This document shows, piece by piece, positions 1 to 13,800 of a stretch of 64,000 nucleotides of DNA. The translations under genes were made by a program, and so were the position numbers. Each line of letters starts with the position of its first letter. The first letter of the stretch is position 1. The notes under the pieces are model-generated. The model was given only the letters and a program-made list of their open reading frames with translations, ran no database searches and was not told the DNA's origin. The stretch covers positions 137,957,741-138,021,740 of the forward strand of contig CM041465.1 of assembly GCA_023213395.1 (NCBI GenBank), given 5' to 3'. Source of the stretch: Cycas panzhihuaensis (taxonomy: Eukaryota > Plantae > Cycadophyta).

Positions 1-244
1 GAGCATAGCGGAATATGCAAAGGAAACTACAAGCACGAAAAGGGAGTAACGATACTCCACAACGCCGCCTAGGTTGGGGAATGCCCAAATAGGAGGACAA
101 AGGTTCCCAAGAGGCACGGAACGGGTTCCGGGGAGGAACCTAAGAAAATCAAGACCCATCTTAAATTGCCATTCTACCCGGGTTGGGAAGAATGGAGACA
201 ATTTAAAATGGTAGTTTAAGCTCATTTTGAGCACGGTGAGGAAA

Positions 245-1430
245 TCACGATAGAACTTCTTGAGGAACTTCCATTGACCGCTTTTCAAACTCCAGCCGCC
301 CAAGGTGGCGATCCTATATGCGCTGTCGAGGTCAGTCGAGAACCACGAAGGACCTACCCACTTGGGCCGAATTTGGCCAAGCGATCGTGAGATATTCCAA
401 TTTGAGGACGTGGTCCCCAGGACACAAAGGACAGTACGGAGGCGTATCGTATGTCCTTTGAAGACGGGCCGAGGCAAGGTTCGCACAGTAAGCCGCTAAG
501 CGCTTCTCATCCAGTGGCTTCGAGGTCGAGGAGGCGAGCTGGCGAATAGACTCCTCATCGATGAGGCCTCAAGGGAAACCCAAGAGAAGGAATCTCCACT
601 TCCAACGGAGTATCGCCCGCCTGGTACACTAACGAGAATGGGGTCATCCTGGCCGTCCCGGACAGAGGTACAGAAGCCCATAGAGCTAAGGAGCCGAATA
701 TGCGATCTCTTTGAGATTGGGCAACAGTTTTCTTCAAAATGCCAATGAGCGCTTTGTTGAAAGACTCGATTTGCTGTTGGCTTGGGGTAATAAGGGACGA
801 CGCCTTATGCGAGATTTTGAATCTCTCACATAATTCGTCCATCTCCTTATTACGAAGGGAGTTCCATTATCCGTGATTAGGATGTCCGGGATCCCAAAGC
901 GACAGATAATGTCGGTAGACGAAAGTGGCTATCGCCTTGCTGGTAGTGGAGTGGGGATTGCCTCGCCCATTTAGTAAAGTACTCAGTGGCGGGATGAATT
1001 TGTCTTCTGCGGAAGATGGCGGCGATATGGCCCCAATGAGGTCCAAACCCTACTGCGAGAAGGGCCACGGAGACACGATAGGGTGTAACGCCTCAGAGGG
1101 TACGTGGGAGACATTAGCGTGTTCCTGGCAACGCCGGCATCTAAGGGCACAAGCATGGGCGTCCTTGAATAAGGACGGCCAGTAGTAGCCCATACGGAGG
1201 ATCCTTTGGGCCATGGACTGGCCCCTAAAGTGGCCCCCGCAAATGCCATGATGGCACTCGCGGAGTATTTGGTCCGCTTTCGGAGCGACGCACAAGCGTA
1301 ATCCGTCGAAAGATCTCTTGTACAACACCCCGCCCACGAGGAAGTGTTGCTTAGCAAAGATGCGCGGACGCGACCCAACTTTGTTGGCCGGGCGATATTC
1401 TCACGAGTCAAATATTGCACTATGTCGCCA
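245..1430 (-). pseudogene. Gypsy integrase, frameshifted
   Basis: Zn-binding HHCC region (ECHHGICGGH...MGYYWPSLFKDA...CRRCQEH); core TEYFTKW and ESFNKALIGILKK; C-terminus EVEIPS...KWVGP...KKFY*. Confidence 0.92.
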
Positions 1431-1499
1431 TACCACTCACTGTCGGCGAGTGGGTGAGGAAGAGCCTCCTGGACGGTCATAATGGACTCATCCGGGAAG

Positions 1500-1900
1500 G
1501 AGTCATCAACAGGGGCGCCGCTCGCGTTGGGAATAGCGGCGTCGGCTAACTGTTCCGCCACTACCATTCCCTTCTTCGACTTCCTGTTAATGACTTGCAA
1601 GTCAAATTCTTGAAGCAGGACGGCCCAACGTCCGCCCCACCACAACCGAACGGGTGAGTAAGTAGCGCAGGGATCGGATTACACGATCACCTTGGTCGTA
1701 TCACGAAAGCGGTGTAATCAAATTTCGGTCGCGTGGACCAAGGAGAGGCATTCCTTTCTACGGAGGATAGTTCGATTCGGCAACGCGAGTGCTACCGATG
1801 AAGTAATGGCCCTCCTGCTCCGAATCATCCTCCCCGCGAGCATCGCGCCTGTGGACTCACCGGCTGTCGAGGTATAAAGGATGAAAGGCCTATCGGGCGA
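1500..1900 (-). pseudogene. Gypsy RNase H (degenerate, RT-linked)
   Basis: PFILY-like start; RWAVLLQEFDLQVINRKSKKGMVVAEQLA at the end. It runs directly into the integrase WYGDIVQYL with no intervening aRH domain. Confidence 0.8.
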
Positions 1901-1929
1901 GGAGGCGCCCAGAGGGGCGAAATGAGCGC

Positions 1930-2810
1930 CTCGAGCCCCACGAAGGCCTTTTGGGTCTTATCCGACCGCATAAAAGGAGCCCTTTCTTCAATAGGTTTGT
2001 GAGAGGTTTGGCGCTTATGGCAAAGTCCGCCAAGAAACGCCTCAGGAAACCAAGTCTGCCTAGGAACGACTTAATTTGCCGTTGGGTCCTAGGAGGTGGC
2101 ATGTCAAGGATCGCCTTGACCTTTTCCGGATCGATTTGGATTCCTTGTTGAGACACGAGGAAACCAAGAAGTTTGCCCGAGGTAACGGCAAACACACACT
2201 TTAGCGGGTTTAGGCTAACATGGTACTTACGGCATCTTGCGAAGATGGCACGTAAGTCGGAGGGGTGATGAGCTCTGGCACGAGAGAGACCCATCATGTC
2301 GTCCATGAAGACCTCCATCGTGTTGTTGATGAGGTCGTGAAAGATAAAATGCATGGCTCTCGACAGGTAGCCCTGCACTTTTAGGGCCAAAGGGCATTGC
2401 CTTGAAGGCACAGACACCCCATGGCGTGGTGGCCGCCTTGTGACCGGTCTTCTAAGAGATTTGGATTCGTTGTAGCCGAGAAGCCGCCCATCAAGGACAT
2501 AACTCGAACCCTACTGCGATCGATTATCTGATCAATGAAAGGGAGAGGAAAGTTGTCCTTAGGACAAGCATTGTTTATGTCGCGAAAATCGACACAAATA
2601 CGGATGGTCCCGTTCTTTTTGGCAACGGGAACGATGTTAGATACCCACTTGGGGTAATCGATAGAGGAAATAAGCCCCGCTTCCAAAAGTTTTTCGACTT
2701 CCATTTTAACGGAATTGAAAGCTTGGTGAAGGGATCTTGCCGACGCACGGACGCTGGCCGTGAAGGTTGTAAGGTTGTGCGTGACGATGGAGGGGCTAAT
2801 GCCCTTCATG
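1930..2810 (-). pseudogene. Gypsy reverse transcriptase, frameshifted
   Basis: WVSNIVPVAKKNGTIRICVDFRDINNACPKDNFPLPFIDQ; VFMDDM (YxDD equivalent); LNPLKCVFAVTSGKLLGFLVS; SFLGRLGFLRRF. Confidence 0.95.
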
Positions 2811-3699
2811 TCCGAGTATTCCCGCCGAACACATCACGAATTCCTGCAGGAGGGTGTATTCCCTCACCTCGTCAGGGGTACACTCCGCTCCTACCTTGAT
2901 GACCCTGTCCGGAGCAAGGACTATGTCCTGGGTTGCCCCCATGCACATGGCATTCCCCTCCTTGAAATGGAGGGGGGCGAGATCAACCGGAAGGGAGGCA
3001 ACGGGAGAGGGGATTGGGTCGACTAATGGGGACCCAATCGCTAGGATCTTCTGGTGGCCAAGCTTGTGGTGACCCGGAGGCAAGCTCAGCGTGGAACCGG
3101 CTAAGTGTTCCAGCAAGGCCTCGTCGTCTTGAGTAGTCCACTCCATCGAGGACTGACTTCAAGGGGCGAAGGATGGCAGAGGCGATAGGACCGGTATGGC
3201 CTGAAGACTGCCCGTCATCCGCAAGAGAGCCTGAAGGAGAAAGAGGGAGAGGTTCCTCGTAAAAAGCAAGAGGAAAACTCTCAACATCATCACCTGCGGG
3301 GGGTGATGGGACGGCAGAGCTCGGGGTGTGAAGGTCAACATGCGCAACGTCATGTGACGCGTGAAAGTGCCCCGGCTCGCCAACAAAAGGGGTTATAGGA
3401 GCACGCCTAGGACTAGGAAGGTGCCCTGCACAAGCGCGGAGGAGCGAAACCGGGTGAGGAAGGTTTTCCTCCTCGCTATGGGACTCGTCGTCGTCAAACA
3501 CGGCGAGGTACCCATAGCTGCCGACGCCAATAGGGGCAAAACGCGTCAACGCAGGAGAGGAAGGCGTGGGACCTTCTTCTCGGCAAGAGGGATCGGGAAT
3601 TCCGATGGAGCAAGCTGAGACATAGTTAGAAGGGCGTTTGTTTCCCTTCGTATGCCCATGGCTTGCCCAGGCGTGAAGCCTACCGGCTTGGCGGCGATC

Positions 3700-4060
3700 G
3701 TCAGGAGGACAACCTTCATTTGTCCATTATGAACAAATTTGAGTTGCCCCAAGGGTGGAACACACGGCCCCATTTGGTCGAGCCATGGTCGACCCAAGGC
3801 GAGTTGTAGTCAACATCGACATCGAGGACGACGATGTCGACGCACCGCCTTATCCTCGAGGGTAAGGTATCAAGACAGATCCCAAGGGAGTCTTCTCTGC
3901 AATCATAACCTTAACGCCATGGAGCAGGTTCCATAGCGTAACGCCAAGCTCTTGCATAACGCGCAGGGCATGGCGTTGATCAAGAACCGCTTGTCACGAC
4001 GGTCCTCCGCAATGCACCCGGGAGTGTCGATCGTGATGGTAAAAGGGAAGTTCCAGCGTT
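3700..4060 (-). pseudogene. Aspartic protease of Tat copy 1
   Basis: LGRPWLDQMG motif; colinear with the clearer protease ORFs of copies 2 and 3. Confidence 0.8.
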
Positions 4061-4849
4061 CCCTTCCAGGATGGGGAAGATCTCGGGATCAAGGAAATCA
4101 TGGGCTCACCGCTGGGTCGCACCCAAGGCGTGAGCGGATGCATCGCTCGACCCGAGAGCTTCCAAGAGAGCGCTCGTTGCTCGGGCAACTTCTCAAGACA
4201 TCCATGATGGACATCCGGCACCCGCGGTGAAGGAGCCTCGACCACGGAGAAAGGCTTACCCTCCCCGTGGGTTGGGTAAGGGCTCTCCTAAAGTTGAATC
4301 GCCCGGGCGACGGAATGGTCTTGGGAAGTGCGGGAATCTCCTGAGGAGGATCAAGCTGCGAGGTAGGCGGAGGGACCCGCCTCCTTCGCGGCTTGGGACC
4401 GAGTTAACGTGGGGGAGTGGTCTCAAGCATCCGGATCACCTTCTTTCCCTTGTTACGGACCGTGGAGGTGACGGGCCAGCGGTCGGGGGATCGCGAAGGA
4501 AGGCGACCTTTGCACGCCCTTCCCCTACCACGCAAAGGCGGGGATCGGGAGACCTATCCCAGGTTGTTGTTTCTTTGGACGTCGCGACCCCGCTCCCCAT
4601 GCTTGGGAACGGGTCTCTATGAACGGCCGATCAAGATTAGGCCTCGATGCTCGCACTGGGGACGAGTCGGCGTGGGCCGGGTGTCGCGTGGCGGCCGTGC
4701 CCGCAACGCGCATCGTCATGGAAACACTCCGTGGATAGAACACCACCTCTTCTCAAGGGAGGTTCGATCCTCCTCGCTGAGAAGGTTAGGCGTTACCCCT
4801 TTGGGGGCATCGCCGCAGGAGGTTTCTTGGACAAGGTTTATGGGAGGTA

Positions 4850-6650
4850 GGCGATGAAGGAGGTTGAGTTTAGCTCCTTCATCGCGCGCTCGAACGAGCG
4901 AATGGCGGAGGTAAGCGGATCTAGGGTCCTCTCAGTCGGGTGAGAGGTGGTCCTAGCGGGCTGTGAAGGTTTGGTTTCCTTCACCGGAAGAGGCGCCTCG
5001 CGGCGTTGCGAGGGCCTAAGAGGTTTCTTGAGTCCCGCTTGGATCTCAATGGCCTCAAAGCTAAACACCTCGTGATGGCGAGTCGCACGTGGTCGCCCCA
5101 TCTTGAGGACCTCCACGTGCACCTCGGGACGGTGCATTGACAACCGATCCTCTTCAACTCCTCAAGCAATGTGGCCTTGGTGGAATGAAGAAGGTCGTGA
5201 AAGCGTCGCACAAAGTCACGATTCATCTCATCGTGACCTTGTTTGAGCGACAGCGCCTTCATTCCGCTTCGAATGGACAAGCACGTCAAAGTAGTTGACG
5301 AACTCGTCCACTACCGGAATGAGGAAATCGAATGGGCGGGAAGGCGAGAACCACTTGAGGCGCCGCCTGCAAGGACCGGGAAGAGCTTCATCAAGATGTG
5401 GTCGTAGGCCCAATAGTCGATGCACGCCATGGAAAAGCTCGCACATGTTCGGTTGGGTCTTGCGGCGAAGTCCCGCCAAATTTGGGGACTTCGTGGAGGA
5501 TGAGGCGCAAGTTAGTCCTCAACGCCTCAACAGACAAGGGCGCCGACCTATAGTCCACGAAAGGACGTGTCCTTGCTCGGGCTAAAGGATCGACAACCGC
5601 CAAAGGAACGGATGGGGTGTTTGTCACATCCCTCCTTGAGGAAACACCCCTTGTGGGAAGGGGTGCGGGTAGATGTTCGGAAAGGCGCGCTCCCTTGTCA
5701 GGCCGACGGGTCGCAAGGGTTGGGCGTTGAAATGGTGAGGGACCTGGGTTTGCCCATATGGGCCACCCGTGGGTGGCGCGACCCATATGGGTGCAACAGG
5801 TCCACTCCATGTACAGGAGATGGTTTCCCTTACCGCCTCAAGGTTGTGACGTAGCCCGGGACACGTAAAGAGAAGGACCACCAACCGGGTTCTGGACGTA
5901 TGTAGGAGTGGGTCCTACATGGCTAGCGGCGGCGGCGCTAGTAGGGCCTCGAGGCCTACTAGGGAACGCGTGCGCCACGTTCGACGGTGGCACGTGCGTT
6001 TGGCTCGAACACGGCATGCTAACCCCGAGTTGAGGGAAAGACACGCTGCGCACGGGTCCCGAGGAAGTGGGACCACGACTAGGGGCGGCAGGCGCAACAC
6101 TCGCCTTAGGAGCCGGGGTAGACACGGCATAGGACGTGTGTGTGCGGGCGGAAGCATCAATCGTCGTAGACGACGTGGGCACGGATGAGGAAGACGCCAC
6201 GTTGCGTAGCATTTCCGTAAACCATCTAGGAGGCGGTTGGCGGCGAACTGCTCGAAAGTACTTAAGCGCCCGAGGCCTCGTGGGGGTATCCTCATAGCCA
6301 TACGAGGTCGAAGGGACTTCGAAAGTAGGAGATCCCTCAGGGCGCTCCTCGTAAGGCTCGCCAGTGGGGTGGCGGGTCTCACGAGTAGCCGGATCTTCCG
6401 CTGCATGAGCGGAAGGCTCAAAATCTTCGGGGTGGAAATGGTCATCAGGGTAATAGATGGAATCCTCGCCCTCACGGGTGGATTAGGATCAGACGAAGGG
6501 AACTCTTGAGTTCCTCAAGTCATGAGATGGTAGGCCCAATCGGACGGTAACCTTCCATTTCAAAGCGGGTTCGACGATGGAATGAAACGCGACGATTGGT
6601 CTTCTAACAACGGCGGCAAACCCCGCAAGCGGCGCGAGAAACGTCGCATG
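4850..6650 (-). pseudogene. gag of Tat copy 1 (Pro/Ser-rich N-terminus plus retrotrans_gag core)
   Basis: PKFGGTSPQDPTEHVRAF...LKWF...LSLKQGHDEMNRDFVRRF, fragmented across several frames. Confidence 0.85.
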
Positions 6651-6810
6651 CAACGCCTCCGCGAGCGTTGTTAGAAAAAGCGAAAAGGAAAGGGAAGGAA
6701 AGCACTGCAAACCCGTTGGGGGTTGCCCAACTCAAAACATGGAATGCGAACCTACCTAAAGGCAAGAGCACCAACACGAAGGGGAAGCGGATCTAGCTCC
6801 CTTACTGGCA

Positions 6811-6829
6811 GTCCCCAGTATGGTCGCCA
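6811..6829 (-). promoter_or_regulatory. Primer-binding site, tRNA-Arg type (Ogre/Tat-like)
   Basis: Minus strand reads ...TTTCA-C-TGGCGACCATACTGGGGAC, 1 nt after the LTR-terminal CA. Confidence 0.85.
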
Positions 6830-6830
6830 G

Positions 6831-9370
6831 TGAAACGCTCTCCGCGGGGCAATGACCCAACGCCTAGCGGGAAAGGCATAGAACAATACGCTAAACAGGC
6901 TAAATAGCGAGGGTCATACCTCGCAGGACGTCCGTCTTGCGGCGCGGAGCGCACGGATCGCAAGGTGCCTGGTTGCTTCCAGGTAGCCGTGCAAGACGAA
7001 GCCTTCCTACCCTTGGATGGCCGGAAGGGAAAAAGATCCTCAAGGCCGCTACTTCTCAAGGCAATGGGAAGGCGACGAGGGGGCAACCAACCAAAAGTAT
7101 CACAGGTATAGGGTAAAGATGGCCAAGGGGGACCGATCAAAGAGTCTCCGAACACTATGGTATGCGGGGTATAATAAAAAAAAGTGCAAGTAAAGCAAAT
7201 GTACAGGAAAAGCAAGCGTAAAGTAAATGATTCTTTCTTTCTCTTTTTCTTATGTTCCCTTGACTACTAAAATAAATGCAAGAAACGTAAGAGCACAAAG
7301 GAGAGTATGAAAGACACGCGGGAGGTACCTGGATCCGGCGTTTGGGCAGAGACGCAGGTTTCCCTCCACGGTTGCGCTTCCTCCCGCCGTCCTCCTCGTA
7401 TACGACGTCGGTCGAAGGCGATGAAAGAGGTCCACTTACCTCCCCAAAAAGCAAAAAGCAAGCAAGGACTAACTAAACTGAAATAATGCAGTAAAACTCA
7501 ATACAAAGATAAACGAAGGGCGTGCCATGCAAGCTGCCGATCGGCGGTCGATCTCCTGCGCCCCTTCCTCCCAAGCGCTCATGCGAACAACCAAACAAGA
7601 TACCCTCCTCTCGGGAGAGAGGCTACAAAACACAGAAGTATATATATATATGTGTATGCCGTAAATGAAACTGACTAAGCTAGGGAAATATAGTCCAGCA
7701 CTAGTATGCAATGAAAAAAGAAACGAAGTCACACGACAACTATGCAACTGTCATATACCACGAATGCACCAAATGGGACTGAGTGTAGCCTCGGGATGGC
7801 TAACTCACCCACGAGAGGTCTCCACAAGGTATAGGGAAGCGGTGCTAGCATGTAATAGAACTGTTAGGTAGCGGCACCTATGCCAAGGCGGGTACTCAAA
7901 CTCTCCAAGCTTCTAGCCCGTTTCCTAAGCGAGCGGAGATAAAGGGAAGAGGATAAGGGACGGAACCCTTGGGGAGTAGGACGGCAATGGGGACTAACCC
8001 CGCCTATCCCCCTCAAATCCTCGTGTAACCCTTTATGCCGGCTAGCCTAGGAAATGGTGAAAGAGAGGGGTTGGAGGAAAAGGATGAGTTTAGGGAAAGT
8101 GAGAACTGGGCCCGCCTAGGGCAACACTCCAATAGGCCACAATCACTACGGTTCTGTGCGTCAAATGACCGAAGGAAACTCAAGGAAATGTATGTGCAAG
8201 GGTATGAAAAGATTTGCAAATAAACAATAAAAAGCAAGCAAAAAAAGAGCCAACAAGAGACACTAAATACCTCGAATCTGAAGAATGAGTGCATGTAGGC
8301 ACTTGGCAACTTGGAGCCGGGTCCAAACGATGCCTATGAGGTGGTGTTGCATGTCCCTTGCAAGAGAATAGGGTGGTAAAGCCTCATGCAAGTTGAGAGC
8401 CCGGGATGGCTCTTTGTAGTGTTTTTGATGAGAAATCCCTTGAAAACCTTGGGTGTGTATGAGGAGGAAGAGTGCTTGTATTGAGCTCAGAGGGGCGGCA
8501 ATGGCCCCGCAACTCGGTATAGCAGCCCTTGGTACCTCCGTCTCAGCTTGTAGAAGGATGCCTCTTGTCAATGCTTCTTGGTCTTTGTCTTTTATGAAGA
8601 AATGCTCTAGACAACTTGAGAGAAATGAAGTGAATCCTTTGAAGAATGATCCAAATGAATAGGAAAAAAGGCTTTTAAGCCTTGGGCACATCAAGTGAAC
8701 GTTGGGGGCCTTGGGGCGCCCCCAATCGTTCGAAGCCACGCGGCAGATCCGCGAAAAAACGCGGCCACTGTCGCGCGGCTTCCTTTTTTTTCAAATTTTA
8801 AACAGATCTGGCGGCAAACTCCGCTGATCAACAAAATCAGCATCGCTTAGTTTACCGCGGTACCAGACCGAAACTCAAAAAAAGAAGAAAAATACATTAA
8901 AAAAGTCATAAAAATCGGTTTTTAGGGTAAGAACAGGGGCTAAGCCAGAAATATATCAACTGGGGGAAGGCCCAGGCAGTGGGCAAGTACCCGAAACGAT
9001 GCTAAGAGCCCTAACTAAGGGTTAAACCAGGCTTAGGAAGGGTTCGCAACATCAGTGGCACGTGGTAACACGAACAAACAGGCTGGCAAAAGCATCCCGA
9101 AAGACCATGGAGACATCGTGAGTGGTCAGACGCCATACGGTGTCGATCCGCTTATGGATGCCCCCGCTGTGAGTCGTCATAGGCTAAGAGGTGCCGTTAG
9201 GCACATGCATTATGAATAGGCAATCAAACAAATGCATGTAGGCAGGCACATGTCAATCAAACTATTCTAAATTCCTTTAGCAAGCATAAGTAAGAAAAGT
9301 AAGAACATATACCTGCACAAACCTGTGTCGATGCATCTCGAGTCCATTCCCACTAGCTGGGAAACAGCAG
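6831..9370 (-). repeat. 5' LTR of Tat copy 1 (about 2.5 kb, outer end apparently truncated)
   Basis: Starts TGAAA next to the PBS. Patchy similarity to 27317-30060 (e.g. CCTTGGATGGCCGGAAGGG; 9305-9370 vs 29995-30055). Similarity stops near the LINE. Confidence 0.75.
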
Positions 9371-9479
9371 TCAAAGGAAAGGCTTGTGGAACAGTATCTT
9401 GACAGTGGAGATATATGGCAGCCAGGTAAGTCTTAGACTATCAGTCTTTATTATGTTTTGTAGTGATTTAGTTTATTAA

Positions 9480-10860
9480 TATGAAGTAACTAGACCATAA
9501 AAACTAGACTCAATCCTCTCCTCCGGGAAGGACATACCTGGATGTGCTAAGAAATGGTGGTGCAAAGGAGTATGAAATAAACCCAGTCTACCAAGACAAC
9601 CACATAAAAATCCTTGTACCAAAAGACCTAACCGAGAATATGGAGAAATATTAGAAAAACAGTTTGGTCAAGAGGTTTCCAGGGCCTAGACTAGGGCTCA
9701 ATATCATCAAGAAATGGGTGGTGAATAAGTGGAAAATGAAGAATCCAGTGGAGGTAATAGCTATTCCTAAGGATTTCGCTCTTTTTAGGTTTGCCAACCA
9801 AGAAGATATGATTGGCATTCTCCTCAATTCACCCTAGATGCTTAGAAGAAAGGCAATCATCTTGGAAAAGTGGCATCCAGACTTTGACCCATCAATTTCA
9901 ATGGTAAAACAAGCTCTGATCTGGGTCCAGATGCTAGGGTTGCCCTTGCAGTTTTAGAACCTAGAAGTAGTGAGAGGGGTGGCTAAAGCAGTAGGGCCAC
10001 TATTAGTAATAGACTCAACAATAAAGAATATAACACGCTTGATAAACACCAAGTTTTGCATTCTAGTGAGAGTCAACAAAAACCTCCTGGAAGAGGTCAG
10101 TATTGAAATAGAGGGGTGGAATCTTGATCAGAAGTTAGTTTATGAGTTAGAGGGTTTTAGATGCTCTAGATGCAGATGCTTGGGGCATGTCCCTGTGAAG
10201 TGACCAAGGGAACCAAATAAGGATGAGGCTCATGAGAAGGGGGGGCTGAGCAAGGCTGTTGAGGATCTAGTGGCAGAAACAGATGTGGGTGATGCCTTGG
10301 GGACAAAGGCAGTTGAAACTCCTCAGTCAAATCAGAACGAGGAGGCTTCCATATTAGTGGAAGTTGAAGAAAAAGAGCAACCTTTAGAACAGGTGGAAGG
10401 GTAGCAAGGATTAATAACCATGGAAGAGGAATGCCTTGAGGGTGAGGAGAGGAGGACTGAGGAGGCCCTGCCTAAGATAGTCGAGAATACTCAAGCTAAG
10501 GAGATGAAGGAGATAAACTGGGACGAGGAAGACCATCTCTCAGAGGAAGGTGACGAAAATGATCATCCTGCAGGTCAGATGGAAGTGTAGCAAGTGTCAG
10601 TAGTTGTGGAAGAGGAGTGTCAGGAGGGTGTGGACTGTAGGGATGAGGGAGCCTAGTATGTGAGAGGAGAGCTAGAAAGGCCATTTAGTGGGGATCACAG
10701 GTGGGTAGCAAGAAGAGCCCTAGACTTGGGAAGCGATAAAAAGGTTAGTAGGCTATCTAAGAAAGTGATTAGAGAAAGGGAGGCAGTTTCCCAAATTGAC
10801 TAAGGGTTTTAGCAAACCCTAAAGGAAGGGATTATTAAAGGCCTATTTCTTAGAAGTAGA
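9480..10860 (+). pseudogene. LINE ORF1 (DUF4283-like domain plus CCHC zinc knuckle)
   Basis: LEKWHPDFDPS...IWVQMLGLPL; zinc knuckle CSRCRCLGHVPVK*; Glu-rich tail; many stop codons. Confidence 0.85.
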
Positions 10861-10897
10861 AGATGACCCTTAAGGGCTACCACGGAGGGGCATGGCC

Positions 10898-13800
10898 ATA
10901 AGGATATTATCCTAAAATGTGAGGGGTTTGAATGCCCCCTCTAAATAGAGAATTGTCAAGAATTTGAGACATAGAGTGGGAGGGGATATTATGATATTGT
11001 AGGAAATGAAACTTGAGAATACTAAGGAATCATATGTGAAAAACAAGATCTAGAGGAATGGTGAGATGTTGGCAAAAGAGGGATCTCTTGGATCAGGAAG
11101 TATGGTTGTTCTCTGGGACCCAAGATTTTGGCAGGGGATTGGTATGGTTCAGGAAGAGCATTTCATGACTATCTATCTTACCTGTAAGAGAACAAATATC
11201 TAATGGTTATCCACCAGTATTTATGCTCCAACAACAGTGGAAGGAAGAAAGAACTTATGGGATAGGATTGTGACTATCCACAAAGACTAGAAGGGCCCCT
11301 GGATAGTTATGGGGAACCTGAATATGACCTTATACCTAAGAGAAAAGAAAGGAGGTCAAGAGGGATGGTCTAGGAGCATCTCAGACCTGGGGGATTTTTT
11401 ACAAAGAGGGGGATTGATGGATGTCCCCCTTAGAGGGGCCAGGTACACTTGGTCAAATAGGAGATTGGGGGATAACCACATCTAGATTAAGTTAGGCAGA
11501 GTGTTGATAAATTATGAATGTATGAGTCTCCATGAAAACATTAAATTAGAGGCACTACCAAAGGTGGCCTCTAACCATTCACCTTTAACGTTGGAATTTA
11601 ATACTTTAAGTATTCATCGAGGGCCCCACTTTCGATTTGAGCTTATGTGGCTAAGGCACCCGGATCTCAGGGACAGGGTTAGGGAATAATGGAGTATCCC
11701 GATGAAGAGACATGCTATGTTCATGTTCTTAAAAAGTTGAATTGGGTCAAGAGACAGATTAAAGTTTGGAACATAGAAGTTTTTAGAAACATTTTTGAGG
11801 CCAAAGGTAGACTTCTTGAGGAATTGAATACGGTAGAGGGTAGAATTCAAGAGGAAGGGAAGTCCACTATTCTGGACTAGATGAAGCATTCGAACACAAA
11901 AAACTTGGAAGACGTGTTGGCCAAAGAGGAAATATATTGGAAACAGAAATCTAGAGCTCTCTAGTTGTCAGAGGGGGACATAAACACTAAGGTTTTTCAT
12001 ATGTCCATGTTGAAACATAGATCCTGTAATAGAATAAACATTTTGTGCAGTGTGGATGGAGTCAATCATGAGACAAAAGAGGAAATCAAGGACATTGTGG
12101 TGGAATACTTTAAGAACTTATTTGAGGAACCCAGTTACCAAGAGATGGAACTAAGGAAGAATCTCATGAGACATATCCCAAAACTGATCAATGAAGTCCA
12201 AAATAGAAGGTTGACAGACCCTTTTACATTGGAGGAAGTGGAGAAGGCTCTCTTCAACATGGGCCAAGATAAAGCTCCTAGGCTGGATGGTTTCCCTCTA
12301 GGTTTTTTCCAAGAATTTTGGTATATAATCATGAAGGATCTAAAACTAGCTTTGGATGAATTTACTGAGAAGAAAACAATTCTCAGGTGACTTTTTTGGT
12401 GCTGATTCCCAAAAGGGAAGGAGTGAAAGTCATGGAGGACTTTAAACCGATAAGCCTTTGCAATGTAAAATACAAAATTTTGGCAAAAAAATTAGCAAAT
12501 AGATTAAAGGAATGCTTGCCACTTATCATATTCCCAAATCAGGATGGATTTATGAAAGGCAGATAAATCTTGGACAATATAATAGTGGTCCATGAGACAA
12601 CTCATTCGATTTACCATAGGAAAGAGGCTGGAATATTGGTGAAAATTGACATGTCCAAAGCTTATGATCAGCTGGCCTAAGATTTCTTAATGGATTGCCC
12701 CTAGGCCTTTGGCTTTGACGAGGTTTGGAGGGGTTGGATGTGGTGTTGCATATCCAACCCTTCTTTCTCTGTTATGATAAACGACACCTCGACTCCTTTC
12801 TTCCCTTGATTTAGAGGATTGAGGTAGGGGAATCCTTTATCCCCCTATCTATTTATCATTATGACAGAAATATTTGGGAGGGCTATTGAGGAGGCCAGAA
12901 GGAGAGGGTGGGTGATTGGTCTTAAACCTTTATCTAGCATTGACAATGTTATCCAACATCAGTTCGTCGATGATAATATATTTCTAGGTAAGGCAGCCCT
13001 AGGGGAAGCTAAAGCATTTAAGACTGGGCTCTAGGCCTATGAGAGGGTTATGAATCAAAAAATCAATCTAGAAAAAAGCTCCATTTTCTTCATCAACACT
13101 ATTAAGAAGACAAGGTCCTAATAACCTGAAACCGCCACCAAGATCTAAACTATTTTGTAACTAGTTATAAGAATCAAAATTGAAATTTAACATGCAAGTT
13201 CTTAAACCAGAGATAATACAATAAAATGGATTACATATACATTATATATACCTAACATCACATATAAACTTGATATAACGTGGTAAAACCATAGCAGTAT
13301 GCTAGGGAAACATCCACAAAGGAAATGTATCGATCTTTATTATCAAAGAATGGAGAAATATACACAATCTGTAGTAGAATATTGACAACAACAACAACTA
13401 GCCGCCCAACTCTTCACAATACATCCAATACATCGAACACCATCAACATAATGAAAAAATACCCTAAATCATGCTATATGACAGAGTCATACAAGGTACA
13501 AATCTTGACTATAGAATCTCAGATATTTTTAGTGAACGACCATGATTCTCTTTACAATTTAGTATGCTTTTCAGTGCCAACTTTTTGGGTCAGAGGCTAT
13601 CACTCCTAAATCCCCTGTTTGTAGGGGGCGTTCTAACCCTCACCTACCCCCAACCAAAATGGGCTCTCGCCCCCCTTGGAACCCCTCGAGGAAGTTTGTT
13701 GAGGAAACCACGATGTCAACCTGTCAAAATTTTAGCCTCCAAAACATTGTTGTCATATTATCTAACAAACACCCCTAAGAAATTACAAAGGAGGGTCAAT

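Larger units (their letters stand above)
1..9370 (-). mobile_element. Ty3/gypsy LTR retrotransposon, Tat clade (copy 1); 3' part lies outside the window
   Basis: Minus-strand order is 5' LTR, PBS, gag, protease, RT, RNase H, integrase. Bases 1-240 match the post-integrase region of copy 2 (about 34383-34645). Confidence 0.93.

Noticed and set aside
305-8740. Numerous plus-strand and alternative-frame ORFs in the ORF track
   Set aside because: Shadow ORFs of GC-rich retroelement sequence with no recognisable domains.
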